From Fistulifera solaris (Eukaryota), in the NCBI GenBank assembly GCA_030295235.1, contig AP026127.1:992001-1056000 (forward strand): 64,000 nt of DNA. Reading direction: 5' to 3'. Each line of letters opens with the position of its first letter. The stretch's first letter is position 1. Shown piece after piece: positions 11,613 through 22,857 of this stretch. The position numbers were made by a program, and so were the translations under genes. The notes under the pieces were generated by a model, which searched no databases, was not told the DNA's origin, and was given only the letters and a program-made list of their open reading frames with translations.

Positions 11613-12365
11613 GGGGAGGTGGGGTTTACACGAACAATTATTCTTCTTCCGCCTCTCACAACAGGCGCCTGCCACAATCAGGCATCGTAAATCGCAAACG
11701 TACTTAATCGCTCGAATGAAAACATGCGGAATAGCATAGTCGATTTTTTGTTTACTTCGTCTCGTGTTATTTCCTCGCTTCGAATACGGAGTACTCCACG
11801 CCGTATTTTTTCTAGGTTAAGTTATAACGGAGTATGTTGGATCTCATCTGTTGTCTTCCGTAGTTTTCTACTATATTTTTCGAATGTAGACGGCCTTTTT
11901 CCTAACCCTTACACGACTGCAAAAATTTTGTGTCATGAGTACCATGTATTTTTGTAAAACTTTATCGGCTGCTAGTTTCCCAAGATGAAATTCAAGCACG
12001 TTGAGCTACAGCTGCTTCATCAATACAAGTGTTTCTTCATTGGCACTCTCATTTCCCACTGGTTTGTCTGCAACGACAAGCGGTGCGGATTTGTAGATCC
12101 ACAGTTACCATAGCTCCAATTTGCTGTCCGTTTTTCGCCACGACTGCATTTCGGTCATGAATGATGATGATGATGCATCTTGCATCTCGTATCTCGTCAT
12201 TTTTTCGCATTTTTTTGCATATCTTCGACCTTCGATAAATACCATAAAAGCTTTATCTTCCTTGCGGAAACCCTCACGAGACAAACTTAAAAAGGACGAA
12301 CCTGTATTAGCCGCCACTGCATGGTTGTACGCTGCCAGGCAAAACGAATAAATCATCGAAAGCTG

Positions 12366-13262
12366 ATGAAACATCTTTCATGGACGACAATACTGTCTTG
12401 TGCTCTCATTGAGGCACGATCCTTGCACACAATCCAATCTCTGTCATCGAGATCTGCTCGGCTCAAATTGATCGATAAACAAAATAGTCTACTCGCAAAA
12501 ACGACATCACTCAGTGATCGACCGGCATTGTCACAACTCCGTGGTGGTGATAGTACAACAGGCTACAGTCAAAACACACAACTTGTGCTCAATGCACTGG
12601 AAGTATTCGGAACGAGTGTCTTTGCTTTCTCCGGTGCCGTGACGGCGGGGAAAGCGGGAATGGACTTGTTGGGGATGATGATTGTGTCGATGCTGACCGC
12701 GACCGGAGGTGGTACCGTCCGTGACTTGTTGTTGGGGGCGACACCCGTGTTTTGGATGCAACAACCAATCTTTTCTTTCCCTTTGTTTGTTCACTACGCT
12801 ACTCACCTATGTTGTATGGCCGAGACTGGAACAAAACTGGGGATGGAAGGATTGCGACAAGGCGATATGTGTAGCGGATGCGATTGGCTTAGCCGCCTTT
12901 GTCGTCATTACAACGGAAAAGGGAAACGTCTATAATCTACCACCCTTTACTGGATCGTGATTGGTTTTATTTCATGTACGTTCGGTGGTATCCTTCGGGA
13001 TATTTTGTGTGCTCGACCCGCACGTGTCTTGTACCCGAATCGAACACTTTATGCGACGCCGGTCTTGCTGGGGAGCGCTGTTTATACCCTTTGCAAAACT
13101 AGTAGGCTCGCTCATCTCTTAAGTAATGATCAGACAGCAGCTCTGACGTTCTGTACAACCTTAGTGTCACGACTGTGGGCATTTGACAACCCAATCCGAT
13201 TGCCTCATTGGAAGTCCTACAAAAGGAAATGGAAACGCAACATGCAAAAGAACACTAGTTGA
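12366..13262 (+). CDS. UPF0126/TRIC-like (glycine transporter family) membrane protein with N-terminal presequence; two frameshifts (~12780, ~12945)
   Basis: FGTSVFAFSGAVTA..MDLLG..TATGGGTVRDLLLG..PVFW; second repeat DAIGLAAF..G..CTFGGILRDIL..LYA. Confidence 0.85.
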
Positions 13263-13317
13263 TCGTTGCATCATAAACGACTTTGACAATCTTTTATAAG
13301 TTGAGTAATTTAGCATT

Positions 13318-15335
13318 TTACGCGAACTTTTCTTTGACGTCTTTCGCAACATCCCACATGTTCACCACCGAATCCGCACCGACCGAAACAAATTTATAGC
13401 CGTCATTCACGAACGACAGTCCGGTCAGGCCACCACGGTGGGCAAATGGGTAATGGATGCGCTTCATCTTCTTTCCATACTCCACAAATAAATGGAATCA
13501 TCAGCGCCGCCACTCGCAATGACTTGATCGTCCGGCGACCAAGATAGGCATGTCACTCGTTGCACGTGGAAGCACCAGCGCCCTTTGGCGACCAACGCGG
13601 TGTAATTCGACAAATCCCAAACGCACACGTCCCGCTGATCACCGGCGGCCAGCTTGGTACCGTCATTGGACAAGGCCAGGGCCGTTAGAGGTTTCAAATG
13701 ACCGTTTTCGATGACATGATTCTCTACCGGTTGATCTCCGGAAATGTCGTAGATGTGGATTTTGCAGTCATTGCCACCTACATACAGAGTCTTGTCGTCT
13801 TTCGAAACACAAATGGCGGTAGCTTCGTAGTTGGTCGCCATGATGGTTTGCAAGGCACCACCGGGCCCACAGAGCGCCGAAAGCCCGCAACGGTCGCAAC
13901 CGCTCCCTTATTGGTGCCAACTGCGATGGCCGAGGGTTGTGCGCCAATGATCTCCGGTTCCATGTTGACCTGAAGACTACCGCTAGGTGTGACAAAGAGT
14001 TTGTCATCCCATCCGACACTCAACAAAGCACCGTTCATCACGGCCAAACCGGAGACAGCCCCGTGTGCACGACGTACATGAGATCCGCATTTCCTTCTGA
14101 TGGCAACAATCGTCCCTTGGCAGTACAAGTTTTCAAATCCCACTGACACAACACGCCATCCGAATCACCCGTGTAAAAGACTCCGCTTGCTACATCCAAC
14201 GCCATCGCACCGACTGCCGCCGAGTGACCTGTAATCACTTGAATCGGATCACTGCTACCGAGTGGCGGTAGCAACGAAATTTGCCCATTCAAACTCACCG
14301 AGACGGGTCGCTTTCCACCCGAAAAGGCACACGCGACTTGATTGCCACCGACGGGTACTTTCTCGTACGCTCCACCGTTCTGGTGCTCGGCCGGCTTCCA
14401 GGTATGTTGTTCCGACAAGGTTCCGTTGTCATCGACCGCAAACAATTTGCAGGTACCATCCCCCGACGCGGTCATGACGTATTTATCATCTCCGGACCAA
14501 TCCACACAGTAAATCGTAGCCGAGTGGACTTGTTCCAGTTTGTGTTTCAATTCCAGTGTTTTACCATCATAGGTACAAATCGCTCGATCTGACGACACGG
14601 AGACCACCAGCGTTCCAGCTTGATTGTATCGAACACACGTGACCGCTCCTTTCGAATGTCCCGAATCTTGTGGGATACCATCCACGGGAGGAATTTTCGC
14701 AAAGGGTGGACCTTGATGAAAGTACGTTTTCGTATCATCTTTCCCGGCCGTGACAATCCGGAAGGGTCGATTCGGTTTGTACGCGACGGACGCCACCCGC
14801 CCTTTGAAATGCATCGCCAAAGCTCCGACAGTGACACCGGTATCGTACTGCAAGACGCGGGCACAATCACTCCGCGCATCCAATCGTTCTCCTCCCATGG
14901 CGACTTTTTTGGATTCCCCATCCCACGCCAGATCGCGAATGACACTGGTCAAACCCGGATTCTCGTATTTGCACAAATGATCTTCGTGATCAAAGGCCCA
15001 AATACGGAGCATCCCGCGTTCATCTCCCGATGCCATGTACGCCCCGGACGGACTCAATTTGAGGGCCGTGGCCGTGTAATGATGTCCCCGATAACACAAG
15101 ACGGGGAGAGGACTGATGCTCGGTAAGAGTGCACTGTCGTCGAGTGTGCGCGTGACAATGAGTTTTCCGGAACAATAACTCAACATGGGCTTGTCAGTGC
15201 CGTGCAAACGACCGGAAGTTCCATCCAACGAGCAGCGTTCGCCGCGTTCGGTGTGAGGGATCGGCGGTGTGCTGATAATGACGGGCGATGTGGGGGCAAG
15301 CAACTGTTGGAAGCGTCGGGTCCTTTCGGTGCCAT
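13318..15335 (-). CDS. AIP1: Actin-interacting protein 1 / WDR1 (WD40 repeat), several frameshifts
   Basis: SPSGAYMASGDERGMLRIW, IRDLAWDGESKK, YKPNRPFRIVTAG, FHQGPPF, SVSLNGQI, W.FH..RVTCLSWSPD..ASGGADDSIYLW. C-terminus ...MWDVAKDVKEKFA* ends at 13318. Confidence 0.9.
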
Positions 15336-15745
15336 GTTAATTGTTACGAGTGAAAAGTTTCGCTGTTAAAAAGATATTAAGTTGATGTTACTTCGCTTTG
15401 AAAGCTAACAAAGAGGGCGGCTTCGCTTGAGGTGCAAGATGTGCAATAACGAAAAATGACCGTTTGGAAATGAAGAATGACCGTTGCGATTATTTTCTTA
15501 CCGCACGTGACTCGATTGTTCGTGATTCAAAAGATGACACCCACAGGTTCGCTTTTTGCGTCCGATCCATCACACAAGGGGAGCATCGTCGTCGGCGATC
15601 TCTTTAGTTATCGTTCTTCATTGTGAAAGCATTCTCGTTCTATACCTGGTAAACTCCCTGTCAAGCGGCTTTTCATAAACACGATTCATCACTTTGCTTT
15701 TACATCTCGATTCATTCCAACCCGTGCTCGCTTCTTTAACTCACG

Positions 15746-16295
15746 ATGAAGATTGTTCTTTCGGTTGTCGCTCTCTCCTTCGTCATGCATGCCGTCCAGG
15801 CTTTCACGGCACGTTTGACGCATCGTCCAGCAGACACATCCCTCGCCATGGAACGACGTGAGTTTCATGAGGCCCTTCTCACCATCGTGGGAGGTGTTTG
15901 GGCGGTTCCGACCGTCGCGTCCGCCAAACCGGCATCCACCTTTTTCTTTGACGATGAATCGGTCCAAGAACCGGCTCAGCAAAGTACTGGAGGAAAAGTG
16001 GATGTCAATGCGGCCTTTGTGGTAAGTACAAACAAGGATCTTGTTACTTTTCCTTGTCATCCTCTAACTCACATTTTGTATACAGGGCGACTATATGCAA
16101 TTCCCGGGCATGTTCCCTCACGCCGCTGGAAAGATTGCCAGCAACGGACCCTACAAAACTGTAAAAGACATTTACAAGATTGAAGGACTCACCGATCATG
16201 ACATTGCCATGTTCAAGAAGTATCAGTCCGAGTTGACGGCCAATCCACCCGGCCGTGTGTTTAATGAACGCATCAATGCGCGTGTTTCGACTTAG
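15746..16295 (+). CDS. psbU: PsbU-like photosystem II extrinsic protein, two exons (intron 16022-16085)
   Basis: Signal peptide ending VQA-F, lumen-targeting RR..hydrophobic..ASA. Spliced KVDVNAAFV|GDYMQFPGMFPHAAGKIASNGPYKTVKDIYKIEGL; intron gtaagt...tacag. Confidence 0.8.
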
Positions 16296-16438
16296 AAGCA
16301 TCAAGAGGACGAACGAAGCCAGCGTTCCTGCATGCTACATTTATACTTTAATTTCAATGATTAAGACCACTTATACTAGAGTTGCATTTACATTTATCTA
16401 AGTCATCACCGTTTCGTTCGGTAGCCACACATTCTCCA

Positions 16439-17211
16439 TTACATTGTTTGCGTCGCAATCGAATACATTTTCAACGAGAATTGTGCCAAGATACTAATCA
16501 TGAGCATGACGCACAAGACGGTGGGACCCACCGTGTCTTCGTAAGGACCCGGGTGTCGATTGCGAATCATGTTGGCGCGTCGCTGGTATTGATACATGCT
16601 GTAGACGATAAAGGCAATTGCGACGGGTAACAACACAATACCATACAACTGACCAATTTGACCTTCCGAATCGTCCGCGACGGCCAAAATGGCAATCGAG
16701 GCACCCGCCAAGATGACGGAAAGGTGCATCCACGCCAGGAATGTACGCTCGTTGGCAAAAAAGACTTTGGGTTCGATTTTGATCGGTGCCTTGCGCAATT
16801 TCATCAAAGTACCAATCTGGCCGTACGCGGGTTCTTTCGCCTTTCCTCCACTAAACAGCCCTCCCAAAAAGACTCCGACAGAATTACTGCTGCTACCGTT
16901 CGCAGGGGTAGCGGCAGTAAGCCTAGGGGCTGTTTTGCGTCCCTTGATATACGGCGATGGACTAGCCTTTATGACGCAAATCAATCATAAGAGAACGGCA
17001 CAAGTATAGACTGCGAACACTCACAAAAGAAACTTACTTGCGGTGGAAGCACACGCGGCGCAAATTCATCCTCGGAAGTGCCCGCAGGAACGGACTCGAT
17101 TTCCGAAAACTGGCGCTCATTGCCGCCTTCGGTGGTTGATTTTTGAACAAAGTAAAAATTGCTAGACTTGTCGCCGCTGGCGTTCGAAGGCGATTTTCCG
17201 AGACCGAACAT
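16439..17211 (-). CDS. VTC1-like / DUF202 vacuolar transporter chaperone subunit, two exons (intron 16967-17037)
   Basis: IKIEPKVFFANERTFLAW, three TM helices, GPYEDTVGP; in-frame GT-AG intron. Confidence 0.88.
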
Positions 17212-17579
17212 GGGTAAATAAAAGGTATGGATAAGAACAAGAAAGATTGAAAGAGAAGTAGAGCAATGATAAAGGATATTCTCTGTTGTATAGTGCGCTG
17301 CGTGTTATGCGACGCGAGCTTGCAATTGCGTCCGAGCTGCGCGTTTTGCGTTTTGCGTTTCGCATTCCGAATTCCGTGTGTCAAGTGCGCAAATTACTCT
17401 ACCGTAGATAGTAGTCTTGTTATGAAGTCTTCCTATGAAATTTAAAGCGTTGCGACAGTGAATCTTGCAAGAATCTTAACATGACTCGTGACCGGACGAA
17501 TTGCAGTCATGAGTTGTTCACCTAATCAATCGTCCATTTCTGCGACGTTTCTACGTATTACGGAGTACTCAGTATAACG

Positions 17580-18700
17580 TTTCCCGTTTTTCATTCCTCT
17601 CTGATAGGCCAATGCCAGTGGTGGAAGACTCAATGCTTCAGTAGATGCCATCTCACTTCGAAGTGAAACACCCATCAGGGACGCAATTTCTTTGTGATCC
17701 CGGTCACCGCGACAGAACAGATACTCTATCTTACACGTAATGCTTGCACTGACCGCCCCCAGCAGAATCTAGTGCTTTACCGACGGCATAGTGTCTAAGA
17801 TGTACGGATCCCGTATAGCACTTTGTCGAAGGCATGTCGAGTACCCCTTGATCTGATGCATCCGCGAGCAACTGAATCAGTGATTGTTTGACACTTGGTA
17901 TATTACCAGTTCCGTAAAGCTGTAGGATCAGAGCACGTAGTTTCCTCTCTTCTTCGCTGCCTTCAATAAGCTGCCGGCGTCATTGAATCCAGGCACCAAG
18001 CGAACGGTTAAGATGCGAGTGGCCATCCTTGTATGCAGTCGCAACGCCCTTTTGGCTGGCGATAAAACTAAATACTCATTCTCGTCAATGGATATTCCAA
18101 TGGTAACGAAAAGATCAATATTTGGTGAATCGAATGCCATAAGTCGATGTGTATTGTATTGAATTTGGTGGCTCGATTCGCTCGCAACAATCGATCGTGA
18201 AAAAATATTGTTACTTCGTTGATTGTATCGCGACTAGCAAAGATAAGTACCATGATCAAATTGCGTTTGGCTCGCAGAGAGAAATTTGACTTCCCCTGAA
18301 AACAACGGGATTCCGAGATTCTCTAACATGAAAGATAAAGCAGTAGCGGCGTACGCCATGGTATCCGTCCCCATGACAATCACGAAGCAATGATTAATAA
18401 ACAAAGCCATCAAAATGTAGGTAGTTCACGCGAATGTCTTGTGCTATTCCTGCCCACTCCGCTAGAGTCACGAATCAGATGAATCAAGAAAAGGAGAGTT
18501 CTCATTGAAACGACTTCGGGCATTTGAGGCGCCTGCAACTCATGCATTTCCTTCATGTATATGGACAACGCACCTCCACTGGTCCCAATGCTCCATCTTC
18601 GTCCCGATCCATTGTGAGAGTACCTCCAGTGCACAACACAACATTAGAAGTTGTTTTCGGGATCGACCATCACCCTTTCTCAGAAATATGCTGATGATAT
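17580..18700 (-). pseudogene. Degenerate type I L-asparaginase (asparaginase/glutaminase family)
   Basis: Hand translation across frames gives VLCTGGTLTM (~18625), VMGTDTMAYAATALSFMLENLG (~18365), EVTIFFHDRLLRANRATK, AFDSPN, LVPGF, ILQLYGTGNIP and CYTGSV..YAVGKAL..AG, in the expected order. Many frameshifts; ends approximate. Confidence 0.85.
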
Positions 18701-19270
18701 TCCGACAAGGCGTCGACCGTATTGACTTTGAAATCATCATGACGGCACAAGGCGCCTGCTGGTGGCTGTAGCGAAACACCTTGAAGATTGAGTATGATCT
18801 CATCGTCTGGATTCGTAACATTTGGCTGTTCCGAAGTTATCTTTCTGCCGGACTAATGTCGGAACAACGATGGTAGCAGAGGGGACGAGCAACATCCCGC
18901 CTCAGCAACTGAATGACAAGAGTAGCATTGTTCCCAGAAAAAGCAATCAGAAAAGTCTCTCGATTGATGAGGTTCTATGCGATCGATTGGTCAAAGCAGA
19001 ACAACCGGAAAACAGTGCCGTGCACTCGTCACATCCGTAGAAGACTACAGATCCTTAAAATTAATCAACAGATTCCTATTATTGTAAAAGATTCGGTTAA
19101 CTTTGAGAGAATAAATTATTAAAACAAAGTACTGGTAAAGTTTGAAAGGTGAAAGCGACATTTTCATCGTCAACAGCGAGCAAAATGACACGGAAAACTT
19201 TCCAGGACTGCGAAAATCATTCGAGTCGGACACGCGGCCCAGATTTTCTGGAAACGTGAAAACATCGATC

Positions 19271-19334
19271 GAGGAGGAGTCCGAAGCACACTGGGGAGTC
19301 CGGAGTAGACCGGGGAGTCCGGAGTAGACCGAGG
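19271..19334. repeat. 19-bp minisatellite (g[ga]ggagtccggagtagacc), left part; target of the outer retrotransposon
   Basis: About three units here; the array continues at 34394-34480. Confidence 0.8.
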
Positions 19335-19423
19335 CGAAATAAGGCAGTGGTGTAAAAATTATGACTACAAGTGTTACATCTACCACGGAGGCTTCCCCGT
19401 CTGTACTACACTCGGTTATTTCG
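19335..19423 (-). repeat. 3' LTR of outer element (89 bp)
   Basis: cgaaataa...ttatttcg. Preceded on the minus strand by purine tract gtgaggggac. TSD gagg at 19331-19334. Confidence 0.92.
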
Positions 19424-19726
19424 GTCCCCTCACGATGAGACCCGAGCTAGGGCTTCAACGTGTCCTTCATAACCGATAAACCCTTATTTCATGGAAAAAC
19501 AACATAAAAAAACCATGACGATTCATTCATCGAATCCATCCTTGATCATGTGGAAAATACATCAAAACCACACATCGACTTGTCCGTGGAAAATACGTCA
19601 AAACCACGTATCAAACTTGAAACTTCAATCACTGTACCTGGACGAAAAACTTATCCCCAGGAGGCTCATCCCATCGGAATAGTAAACATAACTACCCAAC
19701 CAGTGCATCGGGACCTATCGCCTGCA

Positions 19727-21121
19727 TCACTGATGTAAAATACGCTTCACCAGTGGATCTCGTACATTCCCAGCTTGAATCTTCGTCAGAATATCTGCCA
19801 AATTCGTCTTCAGAGGCTCGTAGGATACATCAACAATACCCATCGCAACTCGCTCACGCATAGTGATATGCCACCGAATTGGACTTCTTCTTCAGAACTG
19901 ATTCAGGAATACTCGAGTTCTTGATCACCGACATATTGTCACCTTCGACAACGCCGAGATCATCCGCCGTTTTCATAGCACTAAACTCAGCACCAAATGT
20001 CGACGTCTCAATCGAAGTTTGCTTCTTGCTGTACCATACTGTCAATGACCTGTTCAAATAGACCAAGACACCTGTACGGGAACGACGAGTAACATGGTCA
20101 CCCGCCAAGTCAGCATCAACGAAACACGTTATTTGCACAGGCTTACCCAATGGCTTTGGACAATCCGTTGGAATCATAGGCTTAGCATCTCGGTAAAAGT
20201 CATTCCAATCAGGTCTAGGTTGTCTGGCGTGCTCGACATACCGAAGGATCGAACACAATCTTAGACCTTTCATGTGACCTCAAATATGCAAAGACATGCA
20301 CAACCGCAGCTAGATGGCCTTTCCTTGGCATCGCACTGTGAGACGCAAGCATCGAAACTTCACCACAAATATCAACTCTTCCAAGCTCGACCATCCAGCG
20401 TAAAACCCCTATCTGCGAGTGATAAAACTGGATTTCGTCGTCATCGCACTCCGGCGATATGTCAAGCTCCGGACGGTACTTCGGTGGTAAAACACTTGAC
20501 GCCTTCTTCGGGTAAAGCCTCATCTCGCTTTTCCAACCAAAGACAAACGTTTCGTATTGCTTCCTTCACATATTCATTCGAACTCATCGACCAACAAGGC
20601 TTTTCATCACCCGGGAATTGATGCTGACCAATCGTTGAACCCAAGTAGCGAGTTGGCTTGCCTATCGAACCTTCTTTCAGAAGAAAGTGTTGATCAAGCT
20701 TGTATAGAATAGCTTCCGGCGCCACAGAAACACACAGGATGTCATCCGTATAGACCAATACCAACTCGTAGTAACTAGTCCCATCCGCTTTCTGTGCCGG
20801 CCGTATCCATACATCGTTATCCGCTTCGACAAGGTGTAAAACTCAACGACTCATGCAAACACTCACTCAGATATGACCTCCACGCAGCTCCAGAACTCTT
20901 CAGTCCGTAAAGAGCTTTCACGATTTTCGCCTTTCGACCTTTGAACTGTGGACCAAATTCGGCACCGCAAATAATAAAGATTCGTTCTCGAACTGGTGCA
21001 TTCAAGTACGCATTTCCAATATCTGCCGCCATAATGTCCAAATCGTTCAATGCCGCAAGTAGGAAGGCAATCCGCACGCTTTCTCTCGATACAACACTAG
21101 CATAGGTAATCGAGCTCGGCG
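19727..21121 (-). pseudogene. RT (C-terminal part) and RNase H of outer element, frameshifted, with an internal deletion
   Basis: ORF fragments 20817-21077, 20462-20764, 20215-20523 and 19854-20273. Confidence 0.85.
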
Positions 21122-21864
21122 TGACAATTTTCTTAGCAAGTTTGAGTCATGTTAGTGACTGATTTTCCATAGTATTTGTGTAGTCTACTACTTATACTAC
21201 ACAGAGACGGCGCATCGGTATTGCTATTTAGACTTCGACTGTCTATTTGAAGATAGAGTCACTTGGATACCATTGGGAGTTATTTGAAGTTGCAGTTACA
21301 AGGTTTGGATACCGTTGAGAGTGCAACGTCGACAATTTTGCAGACGTGGACATGTTTCTTCTCTTGCCACGACTGACTGTCACGTAGACCTTCAGTACAT
21401 TTCTTACGTGTCGTAGCCAACCTACGGAAGCCTACGGAGCTATGTTCATTTTCTACAGGAATCCAGTACTTGTTTTCTTTGCCACCTCAGCACAAGTTCC
21501 TGAAGATTGGAGAAAGGTGTGCAATCATTTTCCATTAGAATAGGTCTCATAAAATAAGAAATCAATCAATCTATACCGAGTTTACTGAGTCTTCTTTTTG
21601 TGGTGAAATTCTCAAGGTCACAAACCTTGCAGTCGATCTACATCCTTTGAGTCCAGGCAGGCAGACAGTGAGTAAGTAACAACAAGCGCACTGTGTGGTT
21701 GTCTTTGCTGATCATTGCAATCAAAGAGTGTTTGCGATATCAGTGCTTTCGTTTGACAGTTGATCATCTCATCAAAGAGTGTTGAGTTGGTTGATTGTTG
21801 TTTTGCGTGAGATCATTCCGCATTCGAATTCCGTGAGCTATCTGTGCGCTCGGAATTTCTGTCA
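21122..21864 (+). repeat. 5' LTR of inner element
   Basis: Matches 28669-29411 apart from two 1-bp indels seen near the 3' end. Confidence 0.96.
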
Positions 21865-21884
21865 GATTAACAGTCGCAAGCCTC
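21865..21884 (+). other. Primer-binding site of inner element, complementary to the anticodon arm of tRNA-Asn(GUU)
   Basis: gattaacagtcgca directly abuts the LTR; its reverse complement TGCGACTGTTAATC has the form of a tRNA-Asn anticodon stem-loop. Confidence 0.7.
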
Positions 21885-22857
21885 TGGATTGTGTTTGGCT
21901 CGTTGGCTGTTTCACGTGGGCTGTTGTGAAGCTCTCGTGAGGTTGTTTGACTTGTGAGTCTTGTTTCACTCGCGAGTCGCCAGTGTCTGCTTGACGTCCG
22001 TCGTTGTTCGACTTGTGAGTCTTGTCTCGCTCGTGAGTCGCTCGCTGTCTGTCTGCCGTCTGCCTACCGACCTGTCTGTCAGCCTACCGTCTGCCCGGCT
22101 GTCCGCTCGTCTGTTTGTCTGTCTGTCAGCCGACTACCTGTCCGTTCAGCTAGGAATCCTTGAGGTTCCAGTCCAAGCAGTGACCCGCTTTACAGGAGTG
22201 GTGCGTCCGACAAGTCCTATCAATCTTCTGTTGTTCACCAAAGCACTGTACCCGCTCAACGAGTAGCCAAGCTACTGCTCGGGGAGTACCTGTATACCGG
22301 CTCAGCGAAGCGCTTGCGCGATCGTTCCAATTGGCCCGCTGTGTAGGGCGTCTATGGGCGGCTTGGGGCTTAGTAATTCGGATTTTCCGTTCTGTGAGGT
22401 CGCAGTACTGGGTACACATAGTGCTAAGAATTAACAGTGGGCTTGAAGACAGGGAGTAAGGTTCCTATTGCAGGTTCTCTTATCTTTCTGTTGTTCGGAT
22501 TCTGGTTGGGCGGTATCTAATCTACTGGGGCCTTTGTTCCTTGGTACATCCGCATTCCAACACTCTGCTGTAAGGCGTATCGGGACACGTGCTTGGCAGG
22601 CGATCACCTACCTTGCCTGAACCAACCCGCGAAGGTATAAGGGGGCTGTTGAGGAGTACACCGAGTGCAAAGGGAAGGGTACTTGGTCCTCACTGTCGCT
22701 GATTACGGCTCAAGTTCGGGAGGTCTTCCTCGACGCCAGGGTCGCTACTCCTGGATAGGAGATTGGATTTTCCGGTGTCATACAGTTCACCGCCATCTCT
22801 GAGCCCTTTTAAGTAGTAGTACACTCAAGGTTCAAGGTCAAGCTTTCAAGTTCCAAG

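Noticed and set aside
11255..11739. ORFs with repeated PENVG / SRKCG / QKMWG peptides
   Set aside because: Translation artefacts of the 34-bp repeat cycling through frames.
19490..19625. Two to three ~36-bp repeats (gtggaaaatacatcaaaaccac)
   Set aside because: Short degenerate repeats in the outer element's 3' untranslated region; common in LTR elements.
21950..22150. Low-complexity (ctgt/gtct)-rich ORFs
   Set aside because: Simple-sequence leader of the inner retrotransposon; no coding signal.
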